Part shown: in pieces, positions 8,701 through 13,720 of the stretch
How positions within the stretch are numbered: the stretch's first letter is position 1
How the letters are laid out: each line of letters starts with the position of its first letter
Virus record (IMG/VR): IMGVR_UViG_3300017766_003255
Location: 1 to 40,219 of that record
DNA length: 40,219 nt
Reading direction: 5' to 3' (one strand)
Origin: a virus
Taxonomy: Duplodnaviria; Caudoviricetes
The notes under the pieces: model-generated
Database searches by the model: none
What the model was told of the DNA's origin: nothing
What the model saw: only the letters and a program-made list of their open reading frames with translations
Translations under genes and position numbers: made by a program

Positions 8701-10968
8701 TCTGGCGCGCTCTACTACGCCGTCCACTTCTGAGACTAGGCTGTCAGAAAGACGATTTGCCCATGCTTCTTTTTCAATGCCGGCTGGAGGTTTTTGAAAT
8801 CCATACGCTATTTTTTGGAACTCAGGCTTGCCTTTCTTGACGCCTGAAAACTCAATTCTTTCCCAACCGTCTGTTGGCAGGAAATTTCCCTTAATCCTGC
8901 GGGCCTCTTCTTTCATAAGCCTTTGCTTGCTTCTATTCGATCCAACACTTGCATTCACTCGACCAAGCTCTGCTCGGCTTAAACGGACGTCAGGCGTAGT
9001 CGCCTGATCCAGCTCGTCCAACATCGAAGCTGCCGACCCAGCCGGCACATCACCCTCAGGAACATCAGGCGCACCACCGCCCTCAGGCGTCAGCGCATTC
9101 AGCATCCCCCGCGCACTGTCCGGAGGAACTTCGGACATGTCGCTCATGGCCGCGCGCCGAGCACCTCGAGCCCCGATGCCGCCAAACGGGACCGCCCCTG
9201 CAGCTGCCATCGTGGCAATCTGCCGGTAGCTATCAGCAAGTGCCGTGTCACCGGCTGCCTGCGCCTCGTTGGCCATGTCCGAGTACTTCTTCGCGTCCAT
9301 CCCCGAGCGTATCTCGCCGATAATCGGGGTCATGTCCAAGCCAAACCCAATCGGGTCCTGCTTGAGACCTTCGTACATACTGCCAGCCATCGTGCTGACG
9401 TCCTCGCCAAGCGCTGACAGAGGGCGCTCGCTCTGCGCAATCTCCTTGCCGTACTCGTACACGGTGCCGGGGATCTGCGCCGCGCCAGAGAGCAGGTTGC
9501 TCAGCATCGACGCGCTTTCTGTCTTGGGCTGGGCAGCCATCTGGGCCGCTCTTGCCATGCGGGGAGACGGGGCCGTCTGCCGACGAATAAACTCTTCCAC
9601 GGGCACCTGAGCATCAGGGCTTACGCGCGGAGCTTCTGTGATGTACAAGGGGTCGCTGGGGTCAAGTGGACGACGGTCTGCGGTGGCCATCCCTCCTTCC
9701 TGAAACCCTTGAGGCTTTGTGACAGCGCCACCCTGACTGAACCCGAAGCCACCGTAAGTCAGCGGCGCAATCGGCTCTGCGTAGCCGCCCGCAGCCGTGC
9801 TGTCGGAAACAGTGCCTGTGCCTGCAATCGGCTCGACCGTAGCAGCGCCAAGACCACTCACCAGATCTTGGAAGCGCTTGCCTTCTGTGGTTGTAGGATC
9901 AAACGCGCGCTGCGCATCACCAAACTCGCCGGACATGACCCGGTTGCGAAGCATGTTGTAGGTGCTGGCGTTCTTGAGCCGAGGATTTGTCTCTAACAAG
10001 GCACGCAAGCTGCGATCAATAGCCGCACGGTTCTGCGCAAACTGCTGAGACTTGGAAGTCAAGCCGCCATAGGCCTGAATCTCTCTGGGGCTCAGCAGCG
10101 ATCGCGGACGTGAGGTCACGCTCGGCGGGGTCCATGTGTAGCCCGCACCAGTGGCAGGCCGAAGCTTCGCAGCAGGAGTGTAGTCAAACTGACCCGGCAT
10201 GCCGGGGATCGCGGTGCGAGGGGCGCTGTTGCGGAAGTCCACGTCAAGAGCCGGCTGCCCAGCCCCATAGATGTCAGGCTGCGATGGCAGCGGCTGGTAC
10301 ACCGTGGGTCCAGCATTGGGCGCAACGTAAGGCTTCGGCTTCTGCGCCACCATGTTGAACAGCACACTGGGGTCAACGCCCGCGTTGATCAGGTCATCAA
10401 ACGTGTAGCCACGCTCAGTCGCGTACTCCAACATCTGCGCACGCTCAGCGGCATTGATGCCATCCTGCTGCAGACCCTCTACGTACTGCCGGCCCTGCGC
10501 GTCCAGCGCCGCCCGCCCATTCTGCCCCATCGCACTCAGACGGCGCGCCTCGTTCATCAAATCCGGACTGCGCTCGTAGGCAGAGGTCATACCAGCAGGG
10601 GTATTGAACTGCATCGCCGGGGCCGGTGCCGGAACAACCTGCCCCGTCGCCGTGGTCTGCCCAGCCGGCTGCTGCACAGTGAAGATCTTGTCCAACACCG
10701 CCTGCCCAACGCCCGCGTTGATCAAGTCAGACGTGCTGATACCAGACTGCACCAGCACGTTGTACGCCTCAGCGCCCGTCGGAGCATTCGGGTTGGCAAG
10801 GTAGGCCGCAGCGTCACGTCTCAGGTTGGCGTAGTAGTCGTCAACCGTCTGCTGGCCACCGGTCTCCATCGCCTTGCGATACGCAGCCGACACACCCGCA
10901 GCCTCCCCACCCTCCGCCATCCGTACCGGCAGCCGCGCCAACATCTCTCGAGCAGTAAAATTGGGCAT
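2794..10968 (-). CDS. giant multidomain (polyvalent-like) protein, 2724 aa; HhH-glycosylase-like, metallopeptidase-like, ART-like and PcfJ-like domains
   Basis: Uninterrupted 8.2 kb ORF between terL and the portal. Motifs include TVDVWAARML...LQAVAW, FRAVHDYFGH..GEENA, LIHYS...GYSGF...AVVFDP and EGDTMGHCVGGY..RIYSLRDAKGEPHVTIEV..QIKGKAN. The ORF itself is secure; the domain calls are moderate. Confidence 0.85.
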   Translation of the reverse strand: MPNFTAREMLARLPVRMAEGGEAAGVSAAYRKAMETGGQQTVDDYYANLRRDAAAYLANPNAPTGAEAYNVLVQSGISTSDLINAGVGQAVLDKIFTVQQPAGQTTATGQVVPAPAPAMQFNTPAGMTSAYERSPDLMNEARRLSAMGQNGRAALDAQGRQYVEGLQQDGINAAERAQMLEYATERGYTFDDLINAGVDPSVLFNMVAQKPKPYVAPNAGPTVYQPLPSQPDIYGAGQPALDVDFRNSAPRTAIPGMPGQFDYTPAAKLRPATGAGYTWTPPSVTSRPRSLLSPREIQAYGGLTSKSQQFAQNRAAIDRSLRALLETNPRLKNASTYNMLRNRVMSGEFGDAQRAFDPTTTEGKRFQDLVSGLGAATVEPIAGTGTVSDSTAAGGYAEPIAPLTYGGFGFSQGGAVTKPQGFQEGGMATADRRPLDPSDPLYITEAPRVSPDAQVPVEEFIRRQTAPSPRMARAAQMAAQPKTESASMLSNLLSGAAQIPGTVYEYGKEIAQSERPLSALGEDVSTMAGSMYEGLKQDPIGFGLDMTPIIGEIRSGMDAKKYSDMANEAQAAGDTALADSYRQIATMAAAGAVPFGGIGARGARRAAMSDMSEVPPDSARGMLNALTPEGGGAPDVPEGDVPAGSAASMLDELDQATTPDVRLSRAELGRVNASVGSNRSKQRLMKEEARRIKGNFLPTDGWERIEFSGVKKGKPEFQKIAYGFQKPPAGIEKEAWANRLSDSLVSEVDGVVERARAGDKAALGILRQANWYRGMRDQLRSEFGGIGDVFADVLGTTSAQTNVEQNFANASEILRRYSRGEFDAELQAYENRIKQGLPVDGKTLTALHNAGEFPLITNSAGKLFNTNSPSSMGALLDMFRSVKTGSAPKTPNFTGNLIGLTNEATVDVWAARMLRRLSGQSRIPPVAEQGVTGTHLVGSSLGSPRVGGEFGFGQEVFRNAANRINASGNVKSIVPEMGDLGPDDLQAVAWFMEKERWTENGWTTKAGEGGSLEYEMSLAGSPEQARIDDLRREINTGFKAPNKRKKETDAEYADRVAQARRVYDNKQELAGIELRSLNAPLQRYTLGVSGERPALPMSNYAQAELAAELDDVVRNDPSVLGYNLANTYGSFMGATERALNAEFVVQQDFNPDPLIRRMVEQGKKYDQDAVFISKAVRAGTPNARPGVEIFFKKAASPDQLAKITASLRERGIDGFTYITDMRFDDRINRQARSGAPETASLTGLRFQYVPEFDEGFDPSRADEIYREKERLFRGVLNDTMADENVSDARVNYYDTQVFFRDGYDEYLTRTAPRGNSRAGGELPSGASPTQPNNGGRAGTELSKPVPDGLDQAPGSGIPKLKKGGSVTSSRRMLENLSGKKANKPAAQGSAAADMRGLFPSALDRVRAQQGEMPTPPSVQHESVRGQAFNALFDILGGNDEDPAKRAQATRRAEKILGVTRLVGDFTPVVGDALAFSDARQAYRQGNLGEAAILGAIGTAGMVPVVGDTAAAAARRVRSLGGNTLPGAPRTANIPNIGTVELGRNARAELAALRAAELAGVPYKGVDKYLPIDVSRATRLAREYELMKHAPEDRDTMKAYNEMIRQTLAQYDAMIEAGITPYYIDAARNPYPNSAYEALFDIHENNRIGIFPTVEGFGSDPKFNTKGNPLLLPSGRMIDGKIAPNNDLFRAVHDYFGHAKSGAGFRAAGEENAFQAHAGMYSPVARRALASETRGQNSWVNYGPYGDANRAAKVEDTIFADQKVGLMPRWASEAGTIINADRRDRFFDALSRNANGLQGAITDDGKLRLIHYSGRPLERVDPERYGQGLSGRSLAELNRASDPDFVKRSYYGVPASENAYRPELGIGAVRNEVLIEPELIYDVKADPENLWIPRDITGSERRIAESGYSGFTTIDPKLGKVAVVFDPLDVTKTYMIPLVAVGAGAAATTAEEEPEGMAKGGEVSSSPTPQELLAQIDRSMANSPATAYGTASSAPDREVTESRNMLRRLSDAFGQNVTAPVTGAALDMTAGVGDLLQMGAKAGAKRLGIETKPFTPVSSAVQESLGVAGYDPYAPAALAASVLLPAAGPLRAAGAATRPMMSMAAPGSARETLSRLTPILDREASVAASAELAAMGARELAPDNVTAEIAAAIAGGGAYNTLDNILGSSSRGPTTSGIIKERGGNWLGDGIDSEMQMLRANNQGVLSNTPAVLLEQMFGSYTPEVIASLSPESARHTAASMNLLKGKAQIDKWIDTKLAKYIRNEMGTESDPIRALAERGILHIDPDQVGLNRYKAVDRRSAAGTPRLGVSDAAKAWEDATDVSVARNTARDLLDPGEYDSEYLTKFAQERMYKEFLEENPWLTKVAPETNVYDLSRAGAVRAINALGFGHLIDELNNAVRPNTDLPERLRIDANKLDRMSVPQIVEKVADINKYRAELKVAADLARANNAAAVPFKEYDTVPFSSEPNSRGLRWVQLKKPAPEERPETENYAWNRRTLQDALKYEGDTMGHCVGGYCDDVASGATRIYSLRDAKGEPHVTIEVQDTVQGISGEILNQMEPGIWDKIVADNGHYDSYAWLAKNRPALLERLNARPNQEIVQIKGKANRAPVKEYLPFVQDFVKTGQWDWVGDLQNTGLYKVDINDPFQAARFTPQDEALRAYYPEERSQMVRRAIENGTLQDNSYVTQQEFEEALRKQIPQGLAAGGMASKSNVERATHDNRRYL

Positions 10969-11022
10969 ATCAACACAGCCTCAGCAATAAATGTCTCGCC
11001 CAGAACCGCAGGCATTGGGAGG

Positions 11023-11050
11023 ATTTTAACTCAATAATACTCCGGCACAA
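11023..11050 (-). promoter_or_regulatory. possible sigma70 promoter for the giant gene
   Basis: Minus strand TTGTGC-N16-TAAAAT overlapping the end of terL, about 55 nt upstream of the ATG at 10968. Confidence 0.35.
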
Positions 11051-12503
11051 GCGATTCGTCACCCACCTCATCCTCCTCGTCCGTGTTCAGCGAAATAAAG
11101 TTCCCAGCCCGAAACCTCATCAGCGCCTGCGTCGTCGAGTCCACAATGTCATCGTTGTCACCGTTGGGGAACGACGCACACTCCTCAATCACCTCCTGCG
11201 CCCAGTGGTCCTGCGTCGCCCACACCATCCCCGACTCAAACAACGGAGCAACCGCGTTCGCCCTCGACACCTTGTCGTGCCCAGCCCGCCTACCCCCCGG
11301 CGAGTACATCGTCACCGGGATCCCCATCCGCCGCAGCTCCTGCTGCAACGTCGTCCCCGTCGCCTTCGCCTCAATGAGCACGTTGTCCGGCTGCCAGTAC
11401 ATGTACAACTCCTTCGCCATACGCTTCAAGTCCGGGAAATCCCACCGCCCCTTGCGCATGTCCATCAAGATCAAGTTCGGCCCCGCATCCTCCGTCGGGT
11501 AAAACACCCCCCACGTCGTGATCACCGAGTAGTCCGCAGTCTCCTTCTTCGAGTACGCCGTGTCATACGACTGAATCACATACTCAACCTGCGGCAACAC
11601 ATCCCGCTCCCAAATCCGCCACCACTCCCGCTTCAGAATAGCCCCCTCATCCGCCGTCGGCCTCTGCTGGTACATCGCATTCCAACGCTGGACCGACAGC
11701 TGCGCTCTCACCGCCTGCAACTCCTCCAACTTCCAGTACGAGGGCCACAACGGACGCTCATTCTCCTCCCCCTCGTCAAACACCGCCGGGAACTCAATCA
11801 CCTCCCACTGGTCACTCTTCACCGTGTTCTGACTCTTCAGCAACCGAGCCGTCAAGTCCTTCGTCCCCCACCGCGTCATCACCACCACAATCGCCGCACC
11901 CGGCTGCAATCGCGATCGCGGACCACCGTTGTACCACTCCCACGCATTGTCCAACGCCAGCGTGGACATCGCATCCTGCTCCGAATGCGGGTCGTCAATA
12001 ATCAACAAGTCCGCTCCCCGGCCCGTCATCGCACCACCAACACCCACCGCAAAGTACTCCCCTCCCTTGTTCGTCTCCCAACGACCCGCCGCCTTGCTGT
12101 CCGCCTGCAACTCCACACCCTCAAACAAATCCTTGTAGTTCTGCGTGTCCATCAGGTTCCTCACCTTGCGACCAAACCGAACCGCCAACTCCCCCGTGTG
12201 CGTCGCCTGAATAATCTTCAAGTCCGGCCTGCGACCCATCGCATACGCCGGCAACAAGTACGACGAAAACTCACTCTTCGTGTGACGCGGCGGCATGTTG
12301 ATAATCAACCTCTTCAACGTCCCAGCCACTATCCGGTCAAACGCACTCGCCATCTTCTGGTGGTGCGCCGAAAAAATAGCCTCAGGCCACGCATACCGCG
12401 CAAAGTCCAAAAACCCAGACCGGCTCTTCTCCCGCCTGTCCAACAACGCCAGCCGCAACTCCAATCGCAACCTCTGCGCCTCAACCTCAGGATCCAATCG
12501 CAT
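11031..12503 (-). CDS. terL: terminase large subunit
   Basis: Walker A variant LIINMPPRHTKSE, Walker B LLIIDDPH, coupling motif VMTRW, nuclease motifs QSYDTA..ADYS and DDIVDS. ATG at 12503 (alternative GTG at 12509). Confidence 0.95.
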   Translation of the reverse strand: MRLDPEVEAQRLRLELRLALLDRREKSRSGFLDFARYAWPEAIFSAHHQKMASAFDRIVAGTLKRLIINMPPRHTKSEFSSYLLPAYAMGRRPDLKIIQATHTGELAVRFGRKVRNLMDTQNYKDLFEGVELQADSKAAGRWETNKGGEYFAVGVGGAMTGRGADLLIIDDPHSEQDAMSTLALDNAWEWYNGGPRSRLQPGAAIVVVMTRWGTKDLTARLLKSQNTVKSDQWEVIEFPAVFDEGEENERPLWPSYWKLEELQAVRAQLSVQRWNAMYQQRPTADEGAILKREWWRIWERDVLPQVEYVIQSYDTAYSKKETADYSVITTWGVFYPTEDAGPNLILMDMRKGRWDFPDLKRMAKELYMYWQPDNVLIEAKATGTTLQQELRRMGIPVTMYSPGGRRAGHDKVSRANAVAPLFESGMVWATQDHWAQEVIEECASFPNGDNDDIVDSTTQALMRFRAGNFISLNTDEEDEVGDESLVPEYY

Positions 12504-12788
12504 AAACACCCCACTCCATCATTAGTTTCGCTCTGGCAACCTACCTCCTGCCGCCAAACACCCCACTCCCAAAATTTGCAAAAAATTTTTAGCCCCATCA
12601 ATTCCACAACACATGGGGGCCATTTAGCCATATCCCACCCAAAGCACAAAAGCGGAAATACTTTTGGGGGGGAGATTTACTGTGCGGAAGCCGGCTAAAG
12701 CGGCGCCCCGACGCGCGCGGGGCCATCGCGGGGTGCGCCCGATCGATCCGGCCCGTCCTCCCGTCAAATCGGGGGCAAGGGACCCGCT

Positions 12789-12816
12789 ATTTCCGGTAAT
12801 GATAATTACCGGAATT
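12789..12816. promoter_or_regulatory. dif-like 11-6-11 inverted repeat (putative tyrosine-recombinase or DNA-binding protein site)
   Basis: ATTTCCGGTAA-TGATAA-TTACCGGAATT, containing a perfect 10-bp inverted repeat at 12791-12800/12805-12814. Confidence 0.5.
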
Positions 12817-12830
12817 AGTGACTTCAACGA

Positions 12831-12843
12831 TATCAATGACTTA
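12831..12843 (+). promoter_or_regulatory. IHF-consensus site
   Basis: TATCAATGACTTA matches WATCAANNNNTTR exactly. Confidence 0.6.
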
Positions 12844-12900
12844 CGTGTTTTCGCGTGCATCAGCGTGCGCCAAACACTACATCTTGTGGTTTGCACCCCT

Positions 12901-12940
12901 CCGTTCCTATCGATTCCCATCAGTTCCCATCAGTTCCAGT
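12901..12940 (+). repeat. four degenerate tandem 10-mers (consensus CAGTTCCCAT)
   Basis: ccgttcctat|cgattcccat|cagttcccat|cagttccagt. Confidence 0.6.
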
Positions 12941-13205
12941 GCAACCGGAACGCAAGGGCAGGGCCCAGCAGTGCGGGCGTTTTGGCCACCGACACTGGCT
13001 ATCTGGCCTATTCCCAGTTCCCCATTCCCCCCATGTCCAGAATGCCATAGTGAGTGGCCAGATATTCGCATTCCAATTAGTAATGGCATTTCAGTTTGTT
13101 ATTCCATTTAGGAATAGGTCTTTTTGGTGCTGATTTTGGGGTGTCGAGTGGTTTGGGTGGGGTCGCTGGCAGGTTACCCTGTTATTTTTGCAGGTTGCAC
13201 TGTCT

Positions 13206-13218
13206 TAAGCTGTTGATA
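13206..13218 (-). promoter_or_regulatory. IHF-consensus site
   Basis: Plus strand TAAGCTGTTGATA is the reverse complement of WATCAANNNNTTR. Confidence 0.6.
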
Positions 13219-13399
13219 TTGAATGGTTTAAAGGCGAAACAGTGTAACCAGTGTAACCAGTGCAGCACTTTGTAGAGGGGAAGCGCTGTTTTGCTGGTGG
13301 AACGGCAGAGATGTCTGCCCTTAGGTATCCATTCTCAAGGATAAGGTTTTACTAGAAAAAGGATACACTGGTTACCCTATAAAGCCGAAACATCATATA

Positions 13400-13412
13400 T
13401 ATCAAAGCTTTA
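13400..13412 (+). promoter_or_regulatory. IHF-consensus site
   Basis: TATCAAAGCTTTA matches WATCAANNNNTTR exactly. Confidence 0.6.
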
Positions 13413-13507
13413 ACACAGTGTAACCACAGGGTAACCACAGGGTAACCTAGTGTAACCTCGGGCGGTGTTTTCTCACAACCGTTTGTCTTTTTGCTGATGT
13501 GAGAAAA

Positions 13508-13720
13508 TCAGGGTCGAGACGTCAAAGGCGGGATTACTGGGATCATTGGGATATTTTTTTGCCGTGCGATCCTGATATGCAGGCGCACAAGGTCCTGCCA
13601 CTCGACCGGACAGCCCCTGAGAGCGGCTCGTTGGGCGTCCCTGCCCTGAGCCTCGAGGTAGGCCTTCGCGTAGTGGCGAGGCCTCAGGCTGGTTACTTGC
13701 GGAAGGCTTTCGGTGGGCAT
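13508..13720 (-). CDS. small conserved phage protein (~70 aa)
   Basis: The C-terminal part of ORF 13508..13864 (PRHYAKAYLEAQGRDAQRAALRGCPVEWQDLVRLHIRIA) resembles a recurrent small phage protein. ATG at 13720 overlaps the primase 3' end. Confidence 0.55.
   Translation of the reverse strand: MPTESLPQVTSLRPRHYAKAYLEAQGRDAQRAALRGCPVEWQDLVRLHIRIARQKNIPMIPVIPPLTSRP

Larger units (their letters stand above)
13172..13457. repeat. iteron-like 10-bp repeats CAG(T/G)GTAACC in both orientations; putative replication origin
   Basis: Forward copies at 13240, 13249, 13416, 13427, 13438 and 13448; inverted copies at 13172, 13193, 13361 and 13370. Lies just downstream of the primase-helicase gene, with AT-rich spacers. 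Confidence 0.7.

Noticed and set aside
11205-12698. 497-aa plus-strand ORF antisense to terL
   Set aside because: Low-complexity R/H/P/L sequence. It is explained by the extreme codon skew of terL removing stop codons from the opposite strand.
12329-13133. Several short ORFs in the terL upstream gap as a candidate terS
   Set aside because: They lack TerS features and RBSs and overlap repeats and palindromes; the region reads as non-coding.
13172-13457. Spaced repeats as a possible mini-CRISPR
   Set aside because: The units are only 10 bp, occur in both orientations and are irregularly spaced; no cas genes are present.
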